NCBI GenBank assembly: GCA_009914755.4
Contig: CP086569.2
Coordinates: 23,072,001 to 23,136,000, forward strand
Source of the DNA: the human T2T-CHM13v2.0 reference genome, Homo sapiens
Direction of reading: 5' to 3'
Length of the DNA stretch: 64,000 nt
Of this stretch, positions 46,322-61,503 are shown one piece after another. Numbering within the stretch: position 1 is the stretch's first letter; each line of letters starts with the position of its first letter. The notes under the pieces are model-generated. The model had not been told where the DNA came from. It searched no databases and was given only the letters and a program-made list of their open reading frames with translations. The position numbers and the translations under genes are program-made.

Positions 46322-47899
46322 TTATATAATTTTCTTAAAAGCCAGCATGGTTTTAATTTTATTGTAGTCATCACCTGCAGAGACTGTTTATGTTGGAGGA
46401 GCGATTACAGAAATCTGAAAAATCAAGGCCTGATGAGAATACTTAAATTAAGCACACTTCAGAAGCCCAAATCTGAAAACTGAAGGTGTTTCTGACATAA
46501 CAGCCCAAATTCTGTATTTTTTATCCGTTGGGAGGTGTAATATTGCACATATGAAAAACAAATGCAGTGTTAAATAAAAAATAATGTGATTAAGAGGAGT
46601 CACTGCTTAGTAAGTCAAAAGGACACACAAATAAATTGAGAAGAAAAGAAAATGAAAGAAAATGTATTGTCTGTTGATTTAATTCAGAATAATTTTCATT
46701 TTGTCTCTTAGCATTAATTAGTACCATTACAATAATCTAATTTTTATATATTGACTTCTAACATGTGTTTTTTATTTTGTATAGTTGGAAACCTGATCAA
46801 AGATTCTTTATACATTTTATTTTTTCCCAAATTTGCTACCTAATAGACCTAGTGCTAGTTGCCTGAATACCTCTCACTAAGTAGTTTGTCTTTTCCTATT
46901 AATTTTAATATGAACTTGGTGTGTATTTTGTTGGCATCTTTACTAAATCTACAGGTGTTGAAGTTGTTCAGATCTCAGTCATGGATCCTCTTGGGTTTTC
47001 TCAAGGCTGAAACACCCTTTCTATGCTGACCATTAAGAAATTCCCAACTTCAGGCCAGATCTTTGTTCTACCTTCAGACTTGGCATATCCAACTGCATGC
47101 CTTACATCTCCACATACCAAAACCAGACCTTCATTTCATGCCCAAAACATGTTTCCTCCTACGATATTCCATTATTTCAGAAATTCACAGCACAAAATAC
47201 CCTGTATTTCAAGCTAGAAATGTAGAGGATGATCCTTGAGGCAGCCTTTTCTCAATGACTCTTCATCATTCATATCCAACTCTTCACAGGTTGTGTGTCG
47301 TCTCCGAGAATTACATAGTCTTAGTAAATAAGGAGTGGCCCATAAGTCATCTTCAATCATCCACTTTTTTTTCTCAATTCATGTTAGTTTCTTTACAGAA
47401 CAGCTGGAGCTCTGCAATGTCAATGTTGAAGTAAGTACCATTCTCTGCCAGTATTACTATTTTATGTATCAGGAGATAAATGTTCCTTAAAAATGCCCAC
47501 ACAAAGCTATACTAAGTAACACAATTAAATGATGTCTTTATTTTACAGAAAAGTATAAGGCAAATAGAATTGTTATTATATGATCTCTATAACCACACAT
47601 AGGTACTAGATATTTTAGACCCCACTTCATACATCTGAAATTTGGGTCTCAAAATAATTAACTTCTCTTAAAGTCTAATTTCAGATTAAAAAACTACCTC
47701 TTTCCACAATATTGTGCTATCTCCCTTCAAGAACCAGCTGGGGAATAATTAAGAATAAAATAAACGTCATTTTCTTCAACATCTCCTAGCTGAGCCAAAT
47801 TCTAAGTTTTCTGTGGAGATGTTGTTATGTGCAATTTTGCCAAAACTTTTACAACTTTAACCACAGTTATGCTTCAGTGGCCTGCCTGCTCATCCAATA

Positions 47900-48105
47900 A
47901 CTGGAGGCCCCAGTGTCTAATGTTCTGATGTTTATTTCTGTGTACACCCAAGTTTTAGTTCCTATTCATAAGTGAGACTATGCTGTATTTGATTTTCTGT
48001 TTCCTCATTAATTTTCTTAGGTTAATGACCTCTAGCTTCATCCATGTTTCTGCAAAGGACATGATTTTGTTCTTTTTCTGGCTGTGTACAATTCCAGGGT
48101 TCATA
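47900..48105 (-). mobile_element. L1 3'UTR-proximal fragment (antisense) abutting the inner edge of arm 2.
   Basis: Similar to the old L1 pieces at 62900-63080 and 10430-10620 (...AAGTTTTAG.TCCTATT.ATAAGTGAGA.../...TTAGGTTAATGACCTC.AGCT.CATCCA...). Confidence 0.55.
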
Positions 48106-48754
48106 TGATAAGGCGTGAGTTTGGACCAAGAAGGCTTTCTGCCAGAGCCATCAACGCTGTGGAAATAAAACCGTCCACAAGTCAGGAAACAAAACAGTCA
48201 TTACTGGTAATAGTAACTGTAAAACCTCTCACAGATTTGATTTCATTTTTAATTTACTGTAGATTAGGCAGCATGACACAGAATACCCTGCCCCTAGTAG
48301 TATGCGATTTGACGACAAATGTCAATTAGATTTGGTCATTGAAAACTACAAGAATCTTAGTTAACACCATAGTTACATAAGTAATTTTAACAATATATAC
48401 CAGCTTATTTTAAAGTTTCAGTTAGTCCACTAGAGACCTAAATGTTATTTTAAACATAGGTCAAAATTCATGTGGATAAGGGGTAAAATGGCAAGTTTTT
48501 ATTTTTATTCATTTCTTTTTGGTTTTATGCCAAAAAGAAAGGGTGATCCCTTATCATCACAGTATTTACGTGTTCAGCCATTAAGGAGAAAGAGTATCCA
48601 ATCCCACTGCTTTCCTGCATTGGTTCCCATACACAAGCAAATGTGCTGTGTTAGTGACTATCAAATATTCTTATATTTGATGAAGGGAAATTTGTGTTTC
48701 CAAACTGTAAAACAAAAATATTACTATCAGTTATATTTTTATTATTTATTTACT

Positions 48755-49070
48755 TTCATTCTTTCCTTTCTCTCTCCCTCCCTCCCTTCCTTCTTTCCTT
48801 CCTTCAGCCTTTCCTTCCATCCTTCCTTCTTTTCTTCTGTCTTCCCTCCCTCCCTCCTTTCCTCCCTCCCTCCCCCGCCTCCATCCCTTCTCCCCGTCTC
48901 CTCTCTCTCTCTTTCTTTCTCCTTTCTTTCTTTCTTTTTTCTTTCTTTCTTTCTTTCTTTCTTTCTTTTTCTTTCTTTTTTTCCCTCTTTTCTTTACCTC
49001 TTTCTCTCTCTCTCTCTCTCTTTCTTTTCTCTATCTCTGTATCTCCCTTTGATTTTTTTTTTAGGTAGAC
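48755..49070. repeat. ~300 bp polypyrimidine tract, (TTCC)n/(CTTT)n/(CT)n. Expanded counterpart of the arm 1 (GGAA)n. Potential H-DNA or triplex former.
   Basis: Direct reading. Almost pure C/T over ~300 bp. Confidence 0.9.
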
Positions 49071-49205
49071 TCCTGCTCTGTCACCTAAGGTGGAGTGCAG
49101 TGGCATGATCTTGGCTCACTGAAACTTCCCCATCCTGGGTTCAAGCAATTCTTCAGTCACACCCTCCCAAGTAGTTGTGACTGTAGGCCTGTGACATAAA
49201 TCCTG

Positions 49206-49249
<44 letters not shown>

Positions 49250-49365
49250 TTTTAGTAGAGAGCAGGTATCACAATGTTTGCTTAGGCTGGTCTCAAATGC
49301 TTGTCCTCAAGTGATCCACCCACCTCAGCCTGGCAAAATGCTGGGATGTCAGGCATGAGCCACAG
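49057..49365 (-). mobile_element. Alu (antisense) containing a (TA)n/T-run expansion at 49205-49255. Arm 2 counterpart of 20815-21105.
   Basis: Antisense Alu. An internal ATATAT... run interrupts it. Confidence 0.75.
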
Positions 49366-49424
49366 TGCCCACCCAGTTTTATGCATTTCTCTCCTCAGTG
49401 ATCTCTCCTATTTTATTATTTTAT

Positions 49425-49740
49425 TTTACTTTTATTTTTGAGACAGAGTCTTGCTCTGGTGCCCAGGCTGGAGCACAGTGGTGTAATCTCAGTACATGGC
49501 AAACTCCATCACTGGGATTCAATGGATTCTCCTGCATCAGCCTCCTAAGTAGCTGGGATAACATCCATGGGCCACCAAGCCCAGCTAGCTTTGGTATGAT
49601 ATTAGACATGGGATCTTGCTATGTTGGCCAGGCTTGTCTCGAACTCCTGACATGAAGAGATCTGCCCACCACGGCCTGCCAAACTGCTGGGAGTGCAGCC
49701 TCCATGCCCTACCTCATATCTGTTCTAAACCTCAGTTGAT
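49425..49740 (-). mobile_element. Alu (antisense). Arm 2 counterpart of 20460-20770.
   Basis: Antisense Alu consensus. Confidence 0.8.
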
Positions 49741-50162
49741 AAGCAATATTGTCTTCCTGGAATGCTTTATGTTTACAAAACAACTACAGTACTATTATTT
49801 AGCCCCTTCAGGTAAAATATGGTAACATAGAAAACATATACACACAGACACAGACACAGGCAGTGATCAAAATATGAGGGTAGGCCAGGATGTAAAATGA
49901 AAGATGTGTTGCTGCAGTTGACTAGAATTAAACCAGACCAGAGCTGACCCTTACCCAGATAAGAGATGTGAACAGAAGCTTTCAAAAAACTCTATCAGTT
50001 GCATGTTAGATTATTCTCCAGCCATAGCAAAGGGACATTAAAGATCTGTTGTGTTTAGAAGAGTCTTGATAGTTTGACTTTTCCAGGGTAGCATTCGTGA
50101 CATTGGCCTTTAAAGCTCTCCACAATTACTCAATTACTCAAATCAGTAGACAACTCAATTAT

Positions 50163-50300
50163 CCAAGGAGTCTGAAGTGCTTTTTAAAATTATGTAAAAC
50201 TTAGTGGCTTAAAACAATAATTATAGTTATCCTAGGAGTCTGAAGTGCTTTTTAAAATTATGTAAAACTTAGTGGCTTAAAACAATAATTATAATTTACT
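50163..50300. repeat. Tandem duplication of a ~68 bp unit, arm 2-specific.
   Basis: ..GGAGTCTGAAGTGCTTTTTAAAATTATGTAAAACTTAGTGGCTTAAAACAATAATTATA.. occurs twice in a row. The arm 1 homolog has one copy. Confidence 0.85.
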
Positions 50301-50491
50301 ATCAGTCTCTGCAATCTTCCACAGTCTCTCAGCCAAATGATTGTGGTTCAGGGTCACTCAGGAGGATGCAATCTAGTGATGGCTCAGGATGGGGACATTG
50401 TCCGGTGTCTTCTCGTCTCCCTGGTGCCATGGCTAGGTTGACTCAAAATAGTGGGGGCTGGCCTGCTGAGATCTTCAGGCATCTCCTATTT

Positions 50492-50807
50492 CTTTTTCTT
50501 TTTTCTTTTTTTCTTTTTTTGAGATGGAGTCTTGCACTGTTGCTCAGGCTGGAGTGCAGTAGTGCCATCTTGGCTCACTGCAAATTCTGCCTCCTGGGTT
50601 CAGGGTTCAGGCCATTTTCCTGCCTCAGCCTCCCAAGTAGCTGGAACTACAGGCGCCTGCCACAAAGCCCAGCTAATTTTTTGTACTTTTAGTAGAGATG
50701 GGGTTTCACTGTGTTAGCCAGGATGGTCTTGATCTCCTGACCTTGTGATCCATCCACCTCGGCCTCTCAAAGTGCTGGGATTACAGGTGTAAGCCACCGT
50801 GCTGGCC
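50492..50807 (-). mobile_element. Alu insertion specific to arm 2, with a short TSD around CTATTTC.
   Basis: The arm 1 homolog (~19650) reads through without the Alu. Poly-T head and Alu body are present. Confidence 0.75.
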
Positions 50808-53599
50808 TTCCTTCTATTTCTGTGAGTCTCTCCATGGGATGTCCTTTCAGCATAGTGTTATCAGGGTGTTAGACTTTGTGATGTACTGGTTGGGGGCTCC
50901 TGAGGGGTTTGTCCCATGAGAGCAGGAGATTTAGTTAGAGCTGTGTCACCTTTTCTAACCTAGGCCAGAGGTGTCCCAGTATCCAGAGAAGGCTTGCACT
51001 GTTTTCTATTCATTAGCAGCAAGTACTGTATTCAGTACCACCAGGAATATTTTCAAATGGGTTTGTGGAGAATGTGACTGAGACCACTACAATGGCCATG
51101 CCTAATAATTACTTATTTTTATAAGTGCTGGATGCGTTTTACCCAACATAATAGCAGATACAGACTTTTAAGCTTAAAACCTAAATGTCATAGCTCCAAA
51201 CATTTGGTTGTATGTTGAAATAACTCTCAAGCAAAAATTGATTTTGAAACGAGAGCTGTAAATAAATAAAATAAATGACATAAACTCATAAATATCTGGA
51301 AGAAATGCTTATAAAGAGGTCAGCCTTAAAAATGTCATGAGGTCTAATGTGCCGCTCTTCTATTTCTATGGATAGTACTTGGACAGGACAAGGACTCAAG
51401 GGTCTGCTGGTCCATCTCTGCACCTTGAAACAGTGGCTAGGGCACCAGGAGTAATGCTTCCAGCCAAAACCGTGTGGTTAGTGTGAGGAGTCCCTCCGGG
51501 TTAAGGAGTGTGTCAGCATAATGTGACCTGAAGAAGAGGTATACCTCATAGGCGCCCAGGATCAAGGTCTCCGGCACACATTGAAATCCCCCATGCCCAG
51601 GTGTGGTGAAGTGAATCCCTCAGCTGGTGCTGGGCTTCCAGGTGTGTCCGGGAACCGTTCCCTGGGCTGGGAAGGATCTCTTCATTCCCTTGCCATGTGG
51701 GAGGGTAAGGCTTGTGGCCTCATCTCTGTATGTTCCAGCTCTTTCCCTTCCCATTATCCCACTGCTGGGTAAGGCGGCAGGATCTCGGAATCTACAAGGG
51801 CCCTGGGTTGTTGACAGTGCCTGTGGGTGGCCATGTACTAGGAGGAGGGTCACTGAGCCTACCTTGAGCTTGGAGGCTGGGAAGGAACACCCGTGTGGCA
51901 CTGGCTGTTCCGGAGTCCAGGAGCCCGTCCCGGAGAAGGCCGGGGGGAAGTCGTAAGCCTGTGGATCTGCAATCTAGGTGGAATTGCTGTATCTGTCATG
52001 GCAAGACACCCACTGGGTGGAGAGCTGGGCTTGTGCATTTTCCCCATGTCCTGAAGAGACCCAGCAAGACTGGCTCCCCTGGGACCAGTGACACTGGAGA
52101 CCTCCTCTGGGTCCACTCAAGCTTAAGCTCTTATGTGCCTTGCTTCCTATCCTCCCAGGTGAGGCATCCTGGAGAGGATGTGCGGGGCGAAGGTCATATG
52201 AGCACCTGCAGCACTGGAATGGGGTGTCACTGGCCTGTTAGGCCGTTGCTCACCAGGCCCTCTCCTGAGCTCCTACGTGGCTTAGTGGTAAGTGTCCCAT
52301 CTACCCGACCCCGCAGCCCGGGTTTCTCCTCCACTTACAGACCCGTGCCCTCTTGGGGAGAATGCCAGCCTCCCTGGAGACTCAGGCCCTGCAGGACCCA
52401 CATGCTGTCGTCTCTCATGGGCTAGACACTCTCTGGTGCACAGGGATTCCCAGACAGTGAATCCCAAAGCCCTGCAGGTTCTGTTGCTTCTTCCCTGAAT
52501 GCCTGCCTTCCCCGACCGAACACACAGGAAGACACAGGTAGCTACTAGGTTTTATTTCCCTCCGGATGTCATTTCAGGTCCATGACATCTCCTTTAGGTA
52601 GTTCGCCCAGCCACTCTTTTCCTCCTACCTCTGCCATTCATGAGAACTGTGAGGACTCTTCGTGTCTCCCCAGCGGGCAGGCTTCACGGGTCCTGAAGTT
52701 GGATTGTCAAACCCAGTGGTCCCCTGCTTGCCAGCTCAAGAGCTGCGTTTGAGGCACACCTGTGGGTGGGAGTGTGGGCCCCACCTCTGGCCAAACAAAG
52801 GTACACAAGGGGAAACAGGTGCAGGTGTGTACAGGCGTGCACCAGCTCAAACATGCAGGCTGGAACGTGCACACGCTCACATTGGTACCAGGGAAACTGG
52901 GTGGGTGTCTGGGTGTCTACACCAATACTCAGATGAACCTTAATGCTCAGCCACATTCCCTTGCTGGACACACACAGAAGGTCCCCTGCCATTTAATTGA
53001 TCGTCTACAGTGGGATTTATTTTTACTTTTATACTTTTTTAACTTACCAAAGTATGTTGCATTCTTTCCCCCATCATGAAAAAGACTTTGATATAAGTAA
53101 GGAGGAAAAGCATTTTTTATAATAAAATACTTTATCTGCATCTATACTATTAAGGCATTATACAAATTTTATGTCTGTTTTTTAATGTCATAGGAAATGT
53201 CTCAGTGCCAGCGCAGCATGAGTGAGGGTGGCAGAGGGGAGAAAGCATGTCAGGGGAACCTGGAGTCTCTGAAACACAACATGATAGGACTGGTCATTCT
53301 AGAAGGATGTAGACCTAAGTGCACCTCGTGTGTACCTCTGCGTGGATGGAAAGAGGGCCTTAGTTGAGCCCAAACTGTGTCCTGGGTGTTACCAGGCCTC
53401 AAGGCACAGAAAGGAGCCAGAGAAGGATGATAAGGCAACTATCCATTGAGCCTTGTTTCTCACCCATTGACCTTTGCCACTTCTGCCTTTTAGGTGACTT
53501 CAGGTTCTCCAATTCTGAAATATGAATGTTACAGTTCCCTGATGGGCCTTTCTCCCCCAGCCCTGGGATGGCCTGAGATTTCTCACTGCAGGCTCCTCC

Positions 53600-55560
53600 C
53601 TGATCCTTGATTTCTCCTTGTGTATCCCAGCTCCAGGACCCACAGGCCTCTCAGCCCCAGCCCTGGGCTGCTTACCTGGCCTCCTCTCTGTTCCCTCTCT
53701 CAGGGCCTAACTCCCTCCAGTAGTGCTGTGGGGGGGATTGAGACAGAGGCCCTGAATGATGATCTGGGGGACTGGGGAAAGGCATCCGTGACTTGTCAGG
53801 TCGTGGTCCAAAGCCAATTCCCCAGACGTCAAGGAAAGACCAGAAAGGTCCTTTCCCATGATGCCCCGCAGTGGCCTACACCTCAGCAATCCTGGCTGAC
53901 CCTGAGTAGTCATGGTCAGCCAACCAGCTGAAGAATCTCAGGCTGCATCCTGCATGAAGATGGAGGTTCCTCCTGTATGAGTCTAGAACCATTGTACTAC
54001 AGTAGAGCCAGTCACCCTGTATTCTGGAGCAACAGGAGTCCGGAAGGCTCATGCCAGGCCTAGCATCCCACACTCTACCCCCTCTACCATGCCAGGAGGC
54101 ACTCCTTACTGAGGATGCCAACATGATACTCCTTAATGATCACTTCATTGCATAAATAAAGTTTGTGATGAAAGGAAAACTTCATCCTGCCACTTATACC
54201 CCGGGTAGCTGAGTTCCTCCACCTGCCAGGCCAAGGAGAAGAGTACAGACTCAAAGGGATGATTTCATCTAGCTGGGCTGAGGGCCTGCTGGCTGGGGTG
54301 AAGCATGTGTTTCCGCTTCCCAGCTCTCCTGCTGAGACACCCCTGGAGTCCAGGAGGAACTCAACCTGACCAGGACCCTCGACCCCTCCCCTAGACCCAG
54401 GCTCCCCGGCCTGATCTGCAAATCCATCCTGTAGCTTACTTAGTAGGACTTCCTTATGCTTTCTGAACCCAGACAATATCTGGGTGTGCCCTACAATCTG
54501 TGCCTCTGGTCAAGGAGCCTCCAGATGATTGGGTGGGCATGCCAGAGAACAACCTGAAACTTTGCAAGATCTGGGAGAGTGTTGGGCAGGGCTATCCCCC
54601 TGACCTTTGGCCTGGCACCCTGCACTGGTGGTTCTGTCTCTATCTGGCATGCAGGAATGGTAGAGGGTGTGGTGGTCTCGTGGGCAGGTGGAGAGAGGCC
54701 CAGAAAGCCTCGCCGACAATAAGCTGAGAGCACAAGTAGGCAGGGGATTTTGGTGTGGGGTACTGTGGTGTGAGGCAGCTGTTTCCTCAGAGTTCCTGAG
54801 CTGCATGTGGCCCTTGTGCACTGGGTGCTGGACAGGCTCTGCTGAGGGTGTCCAGGTGTGCTGTCCCCTCTTCTCCTGGTCTCCCTGAGGGGTGGGAGTG
54901 TCCACTTGAGGGAGCTGCTATGGGTAGAAGGGACTGCAGGGCTGTGCCTGGTGCTCCCCATGGGGCTCGTGTGTGTGCAACAGAGGCGTGTGTGCAACAG
55001 AGTTTACATATGCTCAGGGCCTACAGCTCTTTGGGTACAGCGAGGCAGAGGGAAGAAAGCCTGTCTGGGGAGCTGGTGCCTGCCTTGCAGAGGACAGCAG
55101 CCCAGTACACCAGAACCCGAGTCTTAAGCACCTTGTATTTCTGGGGTAAGGCTGCTGGACACAGACATGGGCAGCCAGGGTAGCTTCTATGGTTGGCATG
55201 GGCTTGCAGACATCCCTTCCTTCAAGGACTTTCCCAGAGAAACATGCCCTACAACTTCCTGCTGTGCATGAAGTGTCCTTGGTGCCACTATTCTCCCGTG
55301 TGAGTGCTGAGCTTGGCGCCCAGTCCCTACCACGTGCCCTCAGGACACCCTCAAGCAAGCTGCCCTCCTATCTGCAGGACCCTGGCCTCAGCTCCCTTCG
55401 CTATCCCCCATTCCCTGCCTCCTGGCTGACCCCTTGTGCCCCTTGCTTGGCTCCCCTGCTCCCCACCCCAAGAAGCCAGATGCCCACCCCCTGCTGCCAG
55501 TCATTCTGAATGGGCAGCTGCAAAGATGTGGCTCTGGCCCAGAAGCTGGAGATGCCCTGG
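53600..55560 (-). pseudogene. TSPY: Second, 5'-truncated TSPY-like pseudogene fragment inside arm 2. It is an older inverted duplicate (about 80-85% identity) of the spacer copy at 42330-44400.
   Basis: Minus-strand translations ...FSFHHKLYLCNEVIIKEYHVGILSKECLLAW and ...GTSPASGPEPHLCSCPF... parallel the spacer TSPY-like exons. Homology continues to 52940, mirroring spacer 44400-44930. Confidence 0.65.
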
Positions 55561-57444
55561 CTGATGGCCTCTGTGCCATCCTCATGGTGATTTATACCAT
55601 GTGTATATCACATGGCTAATGTAGCATTCTCATAAAGGAAACCTTGAAATGTGGCTGCTACTTAGTTTTTATTTTCAACTGTTTCAGTCATTGTTATTTT
55701 TCATATGCTTCATAGGGGCTTTTGAATTTTAAAGAGAATACATAAAAACCAAAAAGAGAAGGACAATGAAATTGTGAGACTACAGTCATAATAATTTCAT
55801 TAATTAATTCAATGGTTTAGAGAGCTAGATTAGATTATATTTCTCCCAAAAGATTCTCGGAGAAATTCTAAGATGACGCACCCACTGTTTGAAATGGCTG
55901 TTAAGGTTGTTGCTTAAGTTAGAGTTAACTCTTTTTAAAGCCTGAAGGTACAGTAATAGTTTCATAAATTACAACACGGAAAATAGGATTTTTAGTGCTA
56001 CTTGCTCTCACCAGAAATAACCACAACTTTTAAACTGTTCTTTATGTCAAATTAAATTTTTTGTTTTTCTACCTCATGTTTTGGATGAGGCAAGTATTTT
56101 TAAATGTATTTTCACCATTATCATACTTCTGTGAGAAACTGCAGAGTTAAATTAATATCATAATTATCTTTCAGTTCTACTTGTCTGTTCCTAAAAGTTC
56201 ACATAAGTAAATAATTCCATTTATGCTTGTATCTTTCAGCAACATTATTTCAGATAACAGTGCTCATTACTGCAGATATCATATGTACAGGTCCGAAGGG
56301 AGAAGAAGAAGGATCAAGTAAGCTTTTAAGTCTATATATTTGTAACACTATATCAGAAACTCAGTAGTTATAATGAAATAAAAAAATGATCACAATCAAT
56401 TCCATCTCATACCTAGCCTGAAATAAGAAGCTTGAAAAGAAAAGAAAGTTAAGAACTTTGGGCTTGTCAAAATTTTCCTATATGAAAAAATTATTGGTAA
56501 CTTTCTCTCACTAGAAAACATAAACAAAAATTCATTCTTCATATATGTGTAAATAAAATATTTTTATTTCCTTCAGTTATGACATGCAAGCAAGTAATAA
56601 AGTGAAAGTATAATAATAAAATGATATAAGGAAATTTGTCTGTATCAAAAAATTCCATTGAGGCTATTAATTTTACATAAACCATAGAGAATGTTTCATG
56701 AAACTACATTATACACTACTTTTTGGTATTTTACTTACATTTTAAACAATTAACAAATTAAAGGAAATTCTTAATCATTATTTATTACCAATAACATTAT
56801 ACTTGAGTAATCCTTTTGGGATTAAATATTTTCAGTAAAACTTTAAAAACAAATTGTATTGACTGATATCAGCTTTTGATGAAATAATACTTCTGTATTT
56901 GTAGTCATGTGAAGTATAACTTTCTTCTCACAATGGCTCTTATATAACACCAGTGTTATTGTTTTCTCTGATACAAACCCTGTGATATCTCATGGCTTTT
57001 CTGTATCCATACATTACATGCCTCCAGAGAGTAGGCTTCAAACAGTAGGAAAAATTTTATCTGTGACAAAATTCTAGAAAAGGGAATGGTAAAATGGGAG
57101 AATAATTTCTAAATTTCTAACTGTTCATCAATGGATTTGGATGTATTTAGATATAGACAAATATTTGCACACTGAAAGTTTGCACGTGTGTATAAATTTA
57201 AATGACATACCCATATGTATCAGTTGTATAATCTTTTAATTAATCCTCAGTTTTACATGTGGGAAATTTGAAAAGAGTTTATCCTTACCAAATACTCAAT
57301 TTGAAGTACTACACTCAATGTGATGTAAAGCCAACAAAATCTCTATTAACATTCATTTCAATTAATCCAATAATGTTAACTGCAGATAGCTTCATTCTTT
57401 TCATTCTCCTTGTCCCCTGTTGGCAGCTGAAAGTTGATTCTCAT

Positions 57445-57660
57445 AACATCAAACTCCTGAGTAAATAAACAACAGATGTGTGCCATCATGTCCAATTTAA
57501 TTAATTAATTGCTTACATTTGTAGAGATAGGTATTGCTATATTGTAGAGATAGGTCTGTGCTGGACTTGAACTCTGGACTTGAAGCAATCCTCCCTTCTC
57601 AGCCTCCCAAAGAGCTGCGATTCCAGGCATGAACCACTAGACCTCAGTGAAAAAATTTTG
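57445..57660 (-). mobile_element. Partial Alu, homolog of 15378-15560 but in the same top-strand orientation. Marks a local inversion between the arms.
   Basis: CCTGAGTAAATAAACAACAGATGTGTGCCATCATGTCC... compared with arm 1 CCTGAGTAAACAGAACAACAGATGTGTGCCATCATGCCC... Confidence 0.7.
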
Positions 57661-60425
57661 GATTTTAGAATATTGCAATATGTTAGACTTAATTTCTTCT
57701 TTCAATTTTGCATTTGCAGTAGCACTTCAAAATCCTATAAAGGAAAGGTAAATACCCTGGACTTTGCAATTTTGCTGCTTTTCTTTACATTCTTTCTATG
57801 TTTACTACCTCATAAACTCTGTTTTACTTTTTGGTCTTTTCACAAATATCATGCATGAATCTTTCCTGAGACTACTTTTCTCTTGGTCCCTTGATACTAT
57901 ATTTGTCTCTGGTAATCCTTTGTGTGAGGTCCTGGGTTTGTATCCCCACAGGTACATCAATCACCTCTCCCTGGCACTGTTCTCTAATAGAGAGACCCAC
58001 CACTGGGAGGCATGGTTCCTAAGCCCTCATAAAAATTACTTCCTGTTTCAGCTCAGTCAAGGTGACACTGTAGAGATTAGAGAAGAAGAAGATGAGAGAA
58101 GCTAGTGTGTGTCCGTCTCCTTCTCAGCAGGGAATACGTTTCCCCAGTGATTCCATGGCCTGCAGGACATGCTCTCTGTGTTTCCATTTTCCATGTAGTG
58201 ACCCTAATCCTAGACTGGCTCTTCTAAAGCCATTTTCTCCAATTGTCTTCTCTAAATGATTTGGGTACTATTTTTGGAGTTTTAAATTTAAAAAAAGTAT
58301 TGATATGGAGGTGGGGCCAGGAAGTGCCTGGTAGAGGAGAGTGTGGTTCTTGGCTAGGGCTCCACCCTCAAGCCTGTGCTCACTGAACTAGGTGGGGGCA
58401 TATACTTCTGTTTTCTTGCCCAAATTGGTGAGGACATGCACTTCTGTTGTTTTGCCCAAGTGTTGCATTTTCCAAGACCACCCTTGCCTGCCATACCCCC
58501 ATCCTGTGCTATAAGAAACCCTGAGACCCTAGCAGGCAGATACACAGCAGCTGGACATCGAGAGGAACCATCAGCAGAAGAAGACACAGCAACTGGACCT
58601 CGAGAAGACACCAGAGGAAGGAGAGTACAAGGACGGAGGTGGCAGGCCATCCACTGCAGAGCATGGAGTTCCGCAGGGCTGTGGGAGGAGAGCGCTGACC
58701 TGCCCCATTCCAAGGGAAAACCACCTTCCCACTCAATCTCCTTTCTGACTGCCCATCCATCTGCTGACAACTTCTACTCAATGAAACCTTGCACTTATTC
58801 TCCAAGCCCATGTGTGAGCCAATTTTTCAGGTACACCAAGGCAGAAAACCCTGGGCTCCAGAAAGCCTTCTGTCTTTGCAGTAAGGTGGAGTGTCTAATT
58901 GAGCTAACACAAGCCACCTACAGATGGAGAAACTAAATTAACACCTTGTAACACATGGCCACTGGGGATTCAGGAGCTATAAACTTTCACCCCTAGATGC
59001 TGCCTGGGGTGGGAGCCCCACAACCTGACCTCATTGCTCGCTCTGCAGGGGAGGATAAGGGATGTTTTCTGGTTTTTATATGAGTCTGTTTCCAGTGCAG
59101 TGTGCTTTCTGCAGTACTGCAGTGTTACCTCATTGCATGTATTTGACAAAATAAGTTACAAACTATAACTAATGTGAGAAGAAAATAAATGGTACAGAAT
59201 AAGGAAGAAAAATGCAACACTGTGTCAGTAAGGAATTTTTTTTACTTCATACAACAGAAAAAGTAAACATGAATTAAACAAACAGGGACTTCTAGTTTTC
59301 AAATGTGAACCAGCCATACTTAGGCAGTTGCTGGCTTTGATCAGTGGCTCTAATGCATGGTAGTAGCAGAGCTGCATGGTAGTAGCAGTAATTTTTTGTC
59401 GTTTTTGTTGCTATTTTCTCCAAGGTGAAACCTAGCTCAAATCCAACACTATGCTGAGTCCAGTTGTTGCTAGCCAGCTTTGCCCACACTCTGGTTTTTC
59501 GGAGTCTTATTAGCTTCCAGTTTATACAGCTACTTTAACGGTGTATTTTTGCTAGTCATGTGAAACTGCTGCTTGAGATTTTCTATTCTCCTGCAATCAC
59601 CTAGTATGTTTCCTGTCTGAAATTATGTGCCTTGCTCATTTTTTCTCCTAAGGGCACTACTGGATGTTCTTTAGCTAATTCTTTTAAAGAGCATTAGTAA
59701 ACCAGTTTCATTTCTGTCAGATACTTCCGAGAATTCCTGAGAAACTTATTCATGTCTCAGCTAAAAACCTGGCACTGGACCACTGCCCACTCAGCTGCCT
59801 GTTATTGACTTCTTTCTTTAGATAAGATCCCCCAGGCAGCAACTGCATGAGTTCCCCCCACCGGACTTCCAATAAAGACCAACATCCAATGTTTAAAACA
59901 TTTTAAGTCTTAGATATAGCATAAAAGGTTTATAGGATACCAAACAACAAATCGGATACATATATTAAAAAACAAAACTTTAGCCAGTACCAGTCTTTGA
60001 CAACAAAGTTAACCATTTTAACTCTACTGTATAAATATATTTACAAATAAAGTGAATGCATAGGGAAATATTTCTTGTATTGTACATACTTTTTCCAGAG
60101 ATGTCTTAAGCACTCATTTAAAATTGATTGAATTATAACCATAAATTATAATGAAAATAGTAGAGTAGAAAGTTTTTGTTTTAACAGATCACATGTACAC
60201 ATTGTTTGGTCTTCCAGTTGTACTGTTCCTTTTGTATGCATGTGTGTATGTCTATGTAATTTTAGATAGTTATAGAGAATAGATTTAGGAGAAGGGATTA
60301 GAAATTAACCAGATTTTCTTTGTAACAAAAAAGAACATGATTAACTTTAATTGAATTTTTAGCGGAACAGTAACACTGGGTAAGTATTTATTCTGCTAAG
60401 GGAAAAGAGGTACTGTGCTTTGCAG

Positions 60426-61503
<1,078 letters not shown>

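Noticed and set aside
48470-49108. 212-aa and 124-aa ORFs rich in S, L, F and P, plus a lysine- and arginine-rich antisense ORF.
   Set aside because: They are translations of the polypyrimidine (TTCC/CTTT)n tract and are not coding.
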